Source: Bilabrum cf. latius
Taxonomy: Eukaryota
Direction of reading: 5' to 3'
NCBI GenBank assembly: GCA_965178125.1
Contig: OZ237775.1
Span: forward strand, 496,001-560,000
DNA length: 64,000 nt
Part shown: positions 14,401 to 25,684 of the stretch, piece after piece
Position numbering within the stretch: position 1 is the first letter of the stretch
Layout of the letters: each line of letters begins with the position of its first letter
Made by a program: the position numbers and the translations under genes
Notes under the pieces: generated by a model
Told to the model about the DNA's origin: nothing
The model's input: the letters and a program-made list of their open reading frames with translations, nothing else
Database searches by the model: none

Positions 14401-17400
14401 TCGGGCCCGTACGGCCCCAGTCTGAAGCCCTCGAAGGAGAACATGCCCGTCTCAAACACGCTCGTCATCAGCCGGCGCCTCGCGAGCGCCCGACCCGCCT
14501 CGTAGGTCGCCCCCTCCTGCCCCGTGAAAGCGTCCAGACCGTCTCCAAGCCGCTCCAGCGCCGCGTGTGCCAGCCGACCGGCGATCCAGCCCTCCAGCTT
14601 CTCGTAGGTCGGGGCGGCCTGCTAGCCCGAGTAGCTCCTCTGCAGAGAGGCCTGGAACTCGGCGATCATGGGGATGCTCGCGTTGGTGGGGTCGGGAAAC
14701 ACCGCCGTGAGGAACACGTTGGAGGCGCAGTCCTCGTCCAGCAGAGACAGAAAGCCCGCTCCCACGGGAGAAGGCACGTAGAAGTAGACGTCCTGCCAGC
14801 CGGTGATCTGCTTGGCAGCGCAGATGAAGTCCGCAGCCGGCTTTGCCACGGCAAACACAAACACGGCCTGCGGCGGAGACAGCCTGGACATGGTCCCGAC
14901 AGCCTCGGTGATGTTGTAGACGCCCCTGTTGTACGTGCCCCTCGAGTGCAGCACGAAGCCCTGGTTCCACAAGGCAACCTCTACCCCAGCCAGGCCAGAC
15001 TCCCCGAACCCGTCGTTCTGGTAGAAGATGCTGCAGCGCGTGCGGCCCTGCTGCACCGCGTCTCTCACCATCAGGTGCGTCTCGCCGTCGTATGAGGCCC
15101 GCACGTTCACCACGAGGGGATCCACCGGCCTCCTCAGGAAACGCGCCCCCGTCAGCGGCGCAATCAGGGGGATCTGCCTGGGCCTGAGCTCCTCCAGCAT
15201 GGCCGATGCAGTCCCCGTCCCGAACGTGCCCAGCATGAACATGACCCTGTCCTGCTCCGCCAGCTGCACCGCGTTGGCCCTGGCCCTCACGGGGTCGTAC
15301 CCATCGTCCACGGTCACCAGCCGGAGGTACCTCCCACGGACCCCGCCCCGCCGATTGACGTCGCTAAAGGCCGCGTTGATGCCGGCCGACATCTCCTGTC
15401 CCCAGAACGCGTTGGAGCCAGACATGACCACTGACTGGCCCACCAGCACGGGCTCTGCCTGAGAGGCCGCGTCGTCGATGACGCCGCAACCATCCATGGA
15501 GAACACAGAGGCGATAGAGGTGCGGTATCCAGCCGTACCCGCCGTGGTCCCAGGGCTAGAGCCGGACCCTGCGGACTGGATGGGCTCGAACTGGGTCAGC
15601 TGCACCTGCCTGACTCCCTGCGTGCAGTTGGGCCCGTACGGCCCCAGCACCTTGCCGTCCCCGTCCTCGATCTTGAATACGCTCCTGCGGTGCAGGGCAT
15701 CAATGAAGGCCTCCCGACCCCACTCCCCGTCGGGCAGGGCCAGCAGAGTCTCGATGGCCAGCCGCCCGGCGTAGTAGCCCTCTTGCTCCACCCACTGGAG
15801 GGAGCCGTCGGCCTGCGGGGCGGGCTCGGGCACGACCTGAGTGATGGTGATGCGGGAGGCCTCCTCCTCCGTGAGCTCTGGGAGGATGCGGCTGGGCTGC
15901 ACGGGGGAGGGGAGGTACAGCGCGGCGTTGGGGAACTGCCTGGATGCCTCTTTCACGAACAACGAGGCCTGCCTCCACACCGCGAATACCACTATGGCCT
16001 CGAGGGGCGAGTCCGTCTGGTTCATGGCGGCCACGCCGGCCGAGATGATGTCGTTGCTGTTGCGCTCGTAGGTCCCTTCAGCCACGATTCGCAGCCCCCT
16101 GCGACTGAGGGCCAGCTCCAGCCCGTTTTTACCGGCCTCTCCGTACGTGTCGTTCTGCCTGAAGAGACCCACCTTGGAGAAGCCCAGCTCGGCGAGGTGG
16201 TCCACCATGGCCGCTGTCTCGTCGTCGTACGAAGCCCTCACGTTGATCACGTACCGGTTGGGCGGGTCACGGAACAGCCTTGCCCCGGTGAGTGCCCCCA
16301 CAAAGGGGACGCGGTGTGCCTATACCGCGGGGAGGGCAGCGGCGCTGGTGGCGGACCCCATGGACCCGAGCAAGGCAAAGGCCATGTCTTTCTCCAGGAG
16401 CGTGTCGGTTGCAACCACCGTGACCGCGGGGTCGTACTTGTCGTCGTACGACATGAGTATGACCCGCCGCCCCCGCACCGTCGGCGTCTCACGGAAGGCC
16501 CTCAGCACGCCCAGCCGCATGTCCCCCCCGAGGCTGGCAGCCCCCCCCGTGAGCGCCGCGCTCTGCCCGAACACGATGGACTTGGACTCGGCGGGGAGCT
16601 CGGCCAGCGGTGCCCCGCAGGAGCCCCGCCTGCTCGATCCGATCCCCACGAACTCTCGTACCATGGCACCGCCCCCCGGGGAGGAGCCCTTTGTGGACCT
16701 GTACACGTACACGTCTCGCAGCGCCTGGCCGCAGCCGGAGCCGCACTCGGTGCGAAAAGGGCCGACCAGCATGCCTCGCCAGCGCCAGGCGTACTCGCTC
16801 GTCTAGGCAGCGGCAAACGCGCTTGGATCTGCATTTAGCTCGGCTGCAAAGTTCACAGCTGCTTGCGTGATGTTGGAGCCGTTCACAGCTTCGTACTCTG
16901 GCGGCAGCAGGCGCGGGCAGAGCAGGCCGTCATCGAGAAGGGTAGCACCAGACGTATCATTTGTTCCAGTCCCACTGGAACACGCGTCGGATGTCGCCAT
17001 CACATGAAGCCTCGGCTCAGTACCAAGGCTCGAGAATGCAGCAGCTGCATACGTATTCGCCCAAGTTGGGTCGTTGGTGACCAGAACGAGCAAATCGGTG
17101 TCGTCTTCCGAGCGATGTCGTTGGAACAGATTGTGGTTGATCATGGACAAGTTGTACGCTGCCTCATAAACCTGCAAGGGGAAAACCACTCCCAGTTGTG
17201 AAGGGAAGCATTGGCAGTCGTCGCGCCGAAACTGCAAGATTAACCGATCCCCAGTTATAGCGGCTCACTTGGGCATGACGGTAGCTCGAATCAATCCGTG
17301 TAGATATTTTGGACCATCCTTGGCTGATAGCAAAGTCCATGATAGCTTCAACCTGCGTGGTTACTAAACTGAAAACAGACGGCCTGATTCGCAAACAAGC

Positions 17401-17608
17401 AAGTGCTGTATCTGTCCTGATGGCCATAAAGAAGTCTTACCTCGTCGTATATACTTGGTACGAATCGAATAATAGGGAAGCTTGCAGTGGCCCCAATTGG
17501 ATCGCGGGAGTGCTCAATTCCAGCATTCGACTGCGCTGCCACATTCTGGGCGCGGTACCAGCCGTACGCTACAATGAGCCACGCAACCTGACTTGCCGTT
17601 CTTTTCAT
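8406..17608 (-). CDS. ~3005-aa receptor-like membrane protein: signal peptide, one partial plus three tandem type-1 periplasmic-binding (Venus flytrap, LivJ/Peripla_BP_6-like) domains, Cys-rich GCC2/GCC3-like repeats, multi-pass TM region, acidic/basic tail
   Basis: Ten standard-code ORFs (ending 16803, 16320, 14622, 13857, 12801, 11052, 10785, 10404, 8949, 8505) share one frame and each ends at TAG; true stop TGA 8406-8408. Predicted exons 17608-17441, 17352-17269, 17171-8406. Repeated motifs VFGQSA.(L/F)(T/S)G, DD.Y.P, LTGA...R, INVRASY.(D/G)E; CxxCPxGYY repeats; hydrophobic helices at ~11650-10980 and ~9400-9030. Confidence 0.8.
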
Positions 17609-18307
17609 GATAGAAAAAAGATAGCTAAGATGAACTAGAGGCTGGGACAGATGATCGGATCGCACCTGGTACGTAGGGAGAGAGGATTCGCAGATGACCC
17701 GACGAACAAAGGGCAGGGCAAATGGCGCCGCGCGCTGTCATCATCGTTGAGGTTCCGCTTTCTATTATTTTGTCCCGGATGCAGCGCACTTCAGGCCACC
17801 CGTAGAGCCACATTCCATCATTTAATCAGCCATCTATCAACAGTGTTAATGTCAACTATATTTACATCTTATCACGGCACGAATATTGATGCTGCGTAGA
17901 TCGAAAGCGTGTTTCTGGACCATCCAGCAGGCCCCGCCCTGGGCGGCAAGATCGCTATCCTGCTCATGAACATTTTGTCACTCTGACCCGCGCAAAACAC
18001 ATGAATTAGTCTTGTATAATCGAATGGGGCGCTGCATTTTTACTGAATCTGGAATTGAGACTCATGAATTAATTGACCAGCCACTACTACACGCGTTCAT
18101 GTTTCTACAAGTTGTACACGCAACAGCACTCGGCCCAACGCTATCCGGGATTAATTATTGCTACTTTGCTCAATAAATTGCTAAGGATTTGTTTCAACTA
18201 AAAGCTACTAGGCACTGTCAGGTTCCGGTTCTTCGTGTAAGCTGCTACAGTCTTAAGCCTAAGATGTACAATCAAGATTGCATAGCAAGCTGAATCAGTA
18301 CGTTCCA

Positions 18308-19852
18308 ATGCTGCGATATTTGCGGGTACGGCTCGCGGAGCATTGGCATACGAAGGCCAGACCTCCGCAGCCGTTTGCAGAGCCTTGCGATGTGAGGGTG
18401 CTGGCAATGCATGCGACCGGTTTCAATTCTGGATCTCTGCTTGGACTGATCCGTAGTCTATCAGTCAAGACATTAGGTCCAAATGTGCGCACTGAGGTCA
18501 TCCTTCCAGATGCTAGGGGGCACGGAGCATCAAGCCAGCTTGGTTGGGATGGCAGCAATTGGGAAACGCCAGCTCTAGATGTGTTGCATCTCCTGTGGCA
18601 GTTAGATTATGATGATAAATAGACCCGAAGACCGCGACCTAAGTTGATTGGATTCGGGCACTCGATGGGAGGTGCGCAAGTCCTGCTGGCTCAGCAGCTG
18701 CACAAAGGCAAGCTCGAAACGTCTGCGGCATCTTCCGGGTACCTCAGTGACACGGCAGGGACACCTCTATTCGACGCCATGGTAGTTGCAGAGCCCATCA
18801 TCGCACCGCTGGCATCGCCTTCACCTCCCAGTGGCTGGGTGCACAGCCCGTTGGCAAAGCTGGCGCTCCGACGGAAGGCCCGCTTCGAGAGCATGGCCGC
18901 TGCCCGCTCTCGACTGTTCTCCAAGGCGCCCCTGAGCATGTGGGACACGCTGTCTCAAGAAGGCTATCTCGCTAGAGGCCTCGTGGAGTGTGGCATGGAG
19001 GACGAAACATCACGAAGCACTGAGGCCGCGGATGGCCATGCCAGTGGCGGCAGCACCGGCCCACCGACTGGAGAAGGCAGCACCGGCCCACCGACTGGAG
19101 AAGGCAGCACCGGCCCATCGACAGGAGAAGGCAGCACCGGCCCATCGACAGGAGAAGGCAGCACCGGCCCATCGACAGGAGAAGGCAGCACCGGCCCATC
19201 GACAGGAGAAGGCAGCACCGGCCCATCGACTGGAGAAGGCAGCACCGGCCGATCGACTGGAGAAGCCGGCGGGGCGCGTGCCGCAAGGGCCGTGCCCAGT
19301 CATGAATGCAAATGGGAGGAAGGGGGGCACAATGCGAGTGCCATATATGGTATGCTAGAATAGAAAGATAGCGCGTGGTTCAGCGAGCGCAGCAGGTCAG
19401 GCGAAAGCCAGGCCCGCTGGGGCAGCAGAGGGGAAGAGGTCGGTACCCCGGTTCGACTGGCGTGCGACCCAGAGTTGGAGAGCGGAGTGTTCGGGGGTTG
19501 GCATGGTGGTTACGATCGACTTTCGAGCACCCCTGTCGGTGTTGGAGGCGTTACGATCTTGGCTGGTGAGAAGACGGACATCCTAGACGGGTTCGCTGAC
19601 CCCAGCAGCGGCATTGAGCCAGGCACGGGTGTGTTCAAGCACCTCGCCGATAGGCTGCGAAACGGCAGAGGAGCGAACAGCAAGCCGGCACCGCATGGCG
19701 TCGCACCGGCCGGGCCTGTATCGTTCGAGGCGGTGCCTGGGGCGGGTCATCTGCTGGTGCAAGAGCAGCCCGAGGCTGTGGCAAATGCAGTGTTCGAGGC
19801 GATCATGAGGTGCGTGGATCCAACTGAGGCTGGTGCGGGGCACCGGTCGTGA
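18308..19852 (+). CDS. Alpha/beta-fold hydrolase (Abhydrolase_6-like)
   Basis: ORFs 18278, 18644 and 19475 are in one frame, joined by TAG 18620 and 19361; stop TGA 19850. Motifs HATGF, DARGHGAS, nucleophile elbow GHSMGG, catalytic His in GAGHLLVQEQP. Confidence 0.8.
19049..19264 (+). repeat. 27-bp coding minisatellite x8 (GSTGP[P/S]TGE)
   Basis: Unit GGCAGCACCGGCCCA(C/T)CGAC(T/A)GGAGAA repeated 8 times in frame within the hydrolase. Confidence 0.95.
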
Positions 19853-19931
19853 AACAGCAGACCGCTAGTACGTCTTAGTACATGGAAAGGTCGGGGATTT
19901 CGAGCAAACAAGGACAGCAGCACAGTCGCAT

Positions 19932-20229
19932 GCCTCACGCAATCACGCAGTCGCCCCCCGCGTTGTCTCTCTCCGCCCTCTACCTCAGCAAGCCTCACGC
20001 AATCACGCAGTCGCCCCCCGCGTTGTCTCTCTCCGCCCTCTCCCTCAGCAAGCCTCACGCAATCACGCAGTCGCCCCCCGCGTTGTCTCTCTCCGCCCTC
20101 TACCTCAGCAAGCCTCACGCAATCACGCAGTCGCCCCCCGCGTTGTCTCTCTCCGCCCTCTCCCTCAGCAAGCCTCACGCAATCACGCAGTCGCCCCCCG
20201 CGTTGTCTCTCTCCGCCCTCTCCCTCAGC
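19932..20229. repeat. 60-bp tandem repeat x~5 duplicating the 3' end (CaaX + stop) of the FYVE/SNARE gene
   Basis: Unit GCCTCACGCAATCACGCAGTCGCCCCCCGCGTTGTCTCTCTCCGCCCTCT(A/C)CCTCAGCAA; the variable base reads A,C,A,C,C across copies. Confidence 0.95.
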
Positions 20230-23200
20230 TGCCTGGCCTTGGAGGCGAACGACTCGGCCTGGTCCCTGAAATCGCTCGTCTTGTCCCCCATCTGCCGCAT
20301 CCTCTCGGTCCTCTGCGCCATCCTCTCGCGGTTGGACGCCATCACGCCCCGCAGCTCGCCCATGCTCCTCTTGCCCCGCCCGCCGCCACCCTCACCCTCG
20401 GCCCCGCCCACCTTACCAGCACCTGCACCCAGGGCGGGGCCGGCTTCTGGATCTGCCCGCGGCACCATCCCGCCCAGGCTTGGCACGCCGCCCTCCCCCA
20501 AGCGCTTCCCGGCCGGACGAGGCTCACTAGATCTAGCTAGGGAATGGTCGCCCCTGCCCTGGCCTCGGGTCTGGCTCTAGCTCTGTGCGCTCTGGTGGCC
20601 TGCTACCGACTCGGCACCGCGCCCACTACCGTGCAGTGCACCTGAGAGCAGCCCCTCGGACCCCAGCGCGTTGAAGCACCCGTCGCACACGCGGGCCTGC
20701 ATGGACCACACCTCCGGCCTGCCCGCGAGCTCCTGTTCCCCGCCGAGCCCAGCCCCCGCCCTCGCCTTGACCCAGGCCTCCGCATCCACCAGAGGCGCCT
20801 GCTTCCCGGAACAAGCCCCGCACACGAGCCGCCTGCAAGCCCTGCAGTGGTGCCTCCTGGAGAAGAAGCTAAACTCGGCCCCGCACACCCCGCAGCACGC
20901 GAGCCCATCGTCCCTGCCGAACTTCTCCGAGTCGCTGTTCCCCCGCCCCGCCCGCAGCAGACCCCCGGGGTGCACCCTGCACGGCACCAGGATGCCGGCC
21001 TCGCCCTGGGTGGAGCCCGCCAGCGAGGCGCGGTGCATCGAGGGCGCCCTTCCAGAGCTCTGCAGCAGCTGCATCCGGGCGGCCTCTTGCTCCGCAGGCG
21101 GCGCCGCGCGTTTCGGCCCGACGAGCTGCTGCCATCGCTCGGCTGCCTCACGGACTGACTCGAGCAGCTGCGCGGCGGCAGGTTCCGCAGCCTCCATGGG
21201 TCCCAGCAGAGCCGCAGCACCGGGCATGTTCCCCGGCGATGCCCCGGCCAGGTCTGCCCGGGCCCCGTGTTTGGCCAGGTGCCTGGCAACCGTGCTCCAC
21301 TCGTCAGCGGCCTCGATGGCGCTAGCGATGTGCACGCCGCACCCGCCCGCGCCCCCGGGCCAGGGACACCGCAGTGCGATGCTGGTGCCGGCAGCGAGGC
21401 TCAGCGGGCTCGCCCCCGCGAGAGACAGGGCACCGCCGCGGCTCGCACTCGTCACACCAGTTTCACCCAGGTTCACCTCCAGCGATCGGGGCAGCCTCAG
21501 GTTCGGCTGCGCGCCCGCCGCGAGGCACAGCAGCAGCGCCGCAGGGTTGGCGCGGGGCTGCAGGCGGCGGGACTCGCCGGCGCACTGCACTGCGGTGCCC
21601 GCCGCCACCCTCCAGCAGTCCCGCAGCAGCTTGACCCTGGCCCCATCGGAGAGCGGACTGCCCCCGATGGAGCCCGCAGAGGCGCCCCCGGCCTCGGGTG
21701 GGGTCAAGCAGCAGAGGGGGAGGGCCAGGGCCAGGTCCAGGGCTTCCGAGGGACTGCCGCAGGGAACACCGCAGGAAAAATGCATGGCATTGACGTGCGG
21801 GGAGCACACGGGCCCGGCCGCAGAGCCATCTCCGGCGCCTTTTGCGGCTCCGAGTCCTCCTTCCACTCCTCCTGCCCTCGAGTTCCGGCGGTAGGCGAAG
21901 CTGGCGGAGGGGCTTGTCGGGTGCACTGCATTGCCGCTGTGAGGGCCAACTCCGCGCGCGGAGGCGTGCCGGCGCATGCGGCCCTCCTTCCCTGAGAGCC
22001 CGTCTGTTCCCCAGGAGGAATCAATCGCACCGCCGCGGCCTTGGCGTCTCGGCACCATGGGCCCCGCGGGCTCCCAGCTGCCCGCCTGCACAGAGCCCTT
22101 GCAGAGGTGAAGCAGCACGCCCTGCGGCGTCACGCGGACCCACCCGCTGTCGTCCAGCACCCACGCGCCCGTGCACTCCACCGCCAGGGCAGCGGCAGGG
22201 ATGGACACGCCCGCCCCAGAGGCACCCGCGCTGCTGCCCGTCTCTTTGTCGCGCACGGCATCGTCTGGAGCCACCCGGGCCAGAGCCGCGAGAGAGCGGA
22301 GGTGGGTCTTCAGCGAACCGGCGAACGTTCGCGACTGGGCCCATCGACCGGACCTTGCGCTCGTCGATCCCTCCGCACCACCGTGCGATGCACTCGGGGC
22401 GAGCAGGCTGGGGCTGCAGTCCATTGCGGCGAGCGCCACCGCTGCCCTGAGGGAGTCGAGCGCTGGGGTGCTGCGGCCCGAGCCGTGGCTCGCGTGTGAG
22501 AGTGCACTGCACTGCGGCACGGAGAGCGGCTGCAGGCCCCTGTACCTGCGCCTGACCTTCCAGGAGCCCTTCTCCTGCCGGGGCACGGAGGAGTCCCCCT
22601 CGCTGCCCCCTCTGAACATGTCCGGCTCGTGCCCCGCCAGCGCCCACAGAGCCTCGTGCGCGTCTTCGCGGACCGCCGTGAGGTGCACTGCATTGCGGCC
22701 GTCCGAGGGACGGCTGTCCCCCGGCAGTCCCACGGCCCGGACCAGCGCGCGGAAGGACTCGTCCGTGGCCCCCGCGCCACCGTGCGCTGCACCCACCGCC
22801 GGTGGCCTCGCCGCCCCCGCCCCCTGCACCTCCCTTCTTGCCTCCTCGATCGGCTGTGCCCCGATTGGCCTCAGGGCCAGCAGTGCCTCCTGCTGGGCAC
22901 ACCCCGCTGCAACCAGCAGGGGGGGCAGGGGGCAGGCCCCGGGCGCCACCGGGTGCGGCTGTGCGCCGGCAAGCATCCTGACGTGCCTGGGGGTCGCGGC
23001 GCCCGAGTCGATATCGCACTGCAGTGCGAGCAGGGCGGCGGCCCCTCGTGCAGCGAGTCCCACCGGACTGCCCGGAGCGGTTGCAACCGCGGCCCACAGC
23101 TGCGCCCTCTCCCGCAGGAGCACGCGCCTGCGCACGCGGACGAATCCCCGGGCGTCGTTGCCCGGCTCCAACTGGGGGCGCGGGGTAGAACCTGCCTCTC

Positions 23201-25520
23201 TCTCTCCGTCCCACGGGCTGGTCGGTTGATGTTCCGCAGGGGCGCCGCGCATCAGCTGCCTCGCCTCGCACGCGCCGTCCCAGGCCTCGAAGGCAGCGGC
23301 AGAGGCCGCCCTCAGGGACCGGAGGAGGGCCTCGGCGCCTCCTGCAGCGGGAAGCTCCAGGGGGTACACGGAGTGGGACTCGGAGTCACAAAACAGGTGA
23401 ACTGTTTTCGATTCCGGGTCGGGGAGCGAGTCGCGGACGATCTCCGCCTGGCTGCCGCTGCCAGAGGAGGACTGCACGAGAGCGGCGGCGCCGGCCACCT
23501 GCCCCTCGGCACCCGACGGCCCCGACGGCGAAGAGGACGAAGACGAGGAAGAGGAAGAATGGGCGGGCGCGATGGACTGGGACACGGCCCGGGCCAGCTG
23601 GGCGGCTGCCTCCCCTGGTGCGCCGGTGGCCTGGGCCAGAGCGGTGCCAAGCGGTCCCGCGGCAGGCGCCGACAGGGGCAGGGCCAGCAGGGCGCGGGCG
23701 GCGGCGCGCACGGACCCTGCGGTGGCTCCGCTGGGAGCAGCAGCCGCGCTCTGGGCCGAAAGGAGCGAAGCAGCCACGGTGCCTGCGGCTGGCAGCACGG
23801 GAGCCAGCGGGCCTGCTCCCGGATTGTCCCTCGCTCCCAGGCCGGCGGCCTCACCTGCCCTTGCCCATGCCCGCGCCTCCCGCAGCATTTGTTCCCCGGG
23901 ACTGCCCCCCGCCCCGTCGACCACGGTGAGCCTGGGCAGCGGCACGAGCAGCCGGACGGACTCCACCTGTCGCCCCGGCACGGCCCTTACGGCTCCGGAT
24001 CCTCCCATCGTGCCCGCCCCATGCCTCCCCAGGACTCTCGCCTGCAGTCTCCCAAGCCTGGGCCCAGCCACCGTGCCTGCCCTGCTGCCGCCTCCCCCCG
24101 CCCACTCGATCGACCACGCTGGCTCCACCCAGCCTGCTGCACCGTCATGCGGTGCACCCGACGCCTCGTCGGGTCCGCCGCCCACTTCTGCCCCTGCCCC
24201 TGTCTTGGATACCACAGCGGTCGCCCACCCGAAGCAGTCCCCCGTATCGGCCCACCCGGCCCTCAAGGCCCGCCCGCGCGCCTCCCGCCACACGGCCTCA
24301 GCCACGGGACCGGCCCCCAGCTCGCACGAGACGATGCGCGGCGCCAGCGGAACCGCGTCCTTGACTCGCAGCGGGGGCAGCGAGGCGTGGGTCAGCGCCG
24401 CCTCTGCCGAGACCACCGCGCCAGAGGCCGAGCCCGAGCCCGCGCCATCGCTTGGGTCCGAGCCCGAAACAGAGGCAGATCGGGGCAGCACCTCGGATGC
24501 GTCCCAGGGCCGGTCCGGGTCCACCGGTGGGTTGGGCTCTCCCGCGCCCCCCGCTCTTTCGACCCTCTCGCATAGCAGCACGCACCCGAACTGCCACGCG
24601 TCCCTGCCCTCCCCCGCCCGCTCCCCCGCGCCTGGGCTCCCACCGGCACTGCCGGCATGCTACGGCCCCGCCCGGCCGCTCGAGGATGGAGACGTCGATC
24701 GTCCGCTGGAGGTTGCGCTGCTGTGCAGTGCACCCTCCTCCACCGCGAAAGAAGCCGACCTCGCCCGATCCCTGCCGTCGAGCGCGTCTGGTTCCGCTCC
24801 GTCGGCACCTGCGTGCACTGCACCCTCAGTATCGTCCTCGTGGCTGCCTTCTCTGAGCGCACACGCGGCCGCGGCGGGTGCCGGGGGGTCCACCCGGGCG
24901 AGCACCAGCACCTCCCGCTGCACGTCTCTCGAAAACATGCCTCCCGAGCCGCGCTTGGTCGCCACTGCGCGGTGCAGCAGGACCGGGCACGCAGGCGGCA
25001 GCCCAGAGTCGCCGTCCCACTCTCCTGCGGCTGCCTTCCGCGCACCGAACTCCGCGGATGTCACCGCTTGCCGCAGCCATTCGCCCTGCTGTGCGAACTT
25101 CTTGCCCCACCGATCCTCGTCCGGGCCGATGCGGCCGAGCGTGGCAAGGGTGACAGCACAAAGCGTCTGCCTCGTAGATTCGTGCACACTATCCGGCAAA
25201 TCACCAATCCCTCTTGCCGGTGACGACAGAACCTGCTCCGCGCCCTTCCGCCAAGAACCCGAGCGAGACAGCCTGCGGTGCTGGGGCCGACTTGGTGGCG
25301 TTCTTGGGCTAGCCATATCACCCTTGCCACCGCTGCTGCCAGATTCATCGCGAGATGATCCGTCAGGATCATCAATCATCCCTAAAAAGTCTGGAAGGTC
25401 AGCGAAACCCTTTCCTTCGCTGCGAACTCCATGAGACCCCGCCGTAGATGCTTGCGATCCCGTCTGGCTCGCCCTAGGCTATCCCTGGCTAGAATCAGGT
25501 TTCGATCCAAACCATGCCAT
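20175..25520 (-). CDS. Large protein with degenerate ankyrin-like segments, FYVE zinc finger, C-terminal R-SNARE motif and CaaX box
   Basis: ORFs 25479, 24660, 20577 and 20175 are in one frame, joined by TAG; stop TGA 20175-20177. Start assumed at MAWFGSK (25520), alternative ATG 25682. FYVE: CGVCGAEFSFFSRRHHCRACRRLVCGACS...RVCDGC. Tail: MASNRERMAQRTERMRQMGDKTSDFRDQAESF...CVIA. Confidence 0.72.
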
Positions 25521-25684
25521 GTACACTTGGTTGTACTCCAAGGCAATACCTCTGGCGAAGCCACAGCGACAAAAAAAAAGCCTGCTGCAATCGGCGAAGA
25601 TGAAGGTATGTGCTAGTCGGCAAATTTTCATACAGCCCCAGCGGGTTGCAACACATGATTCGGTAGCGAATAGAGAGCCCATGC

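Noticed and set aside
12801-16772. Bacterial contamination or an ABC transporter operon
   Set aside because: The binding-protein domains are fused in one frame to eukaryotic Cys-rich and TM modules, use TAG as sense, follow spliceosomal introns, and no permease or ATPase genes are present.
19932-20229. CRISPR array
   Set aside because: Contiguous 60-bp units with no unique spacers, eukaryotic context and no cas genes.
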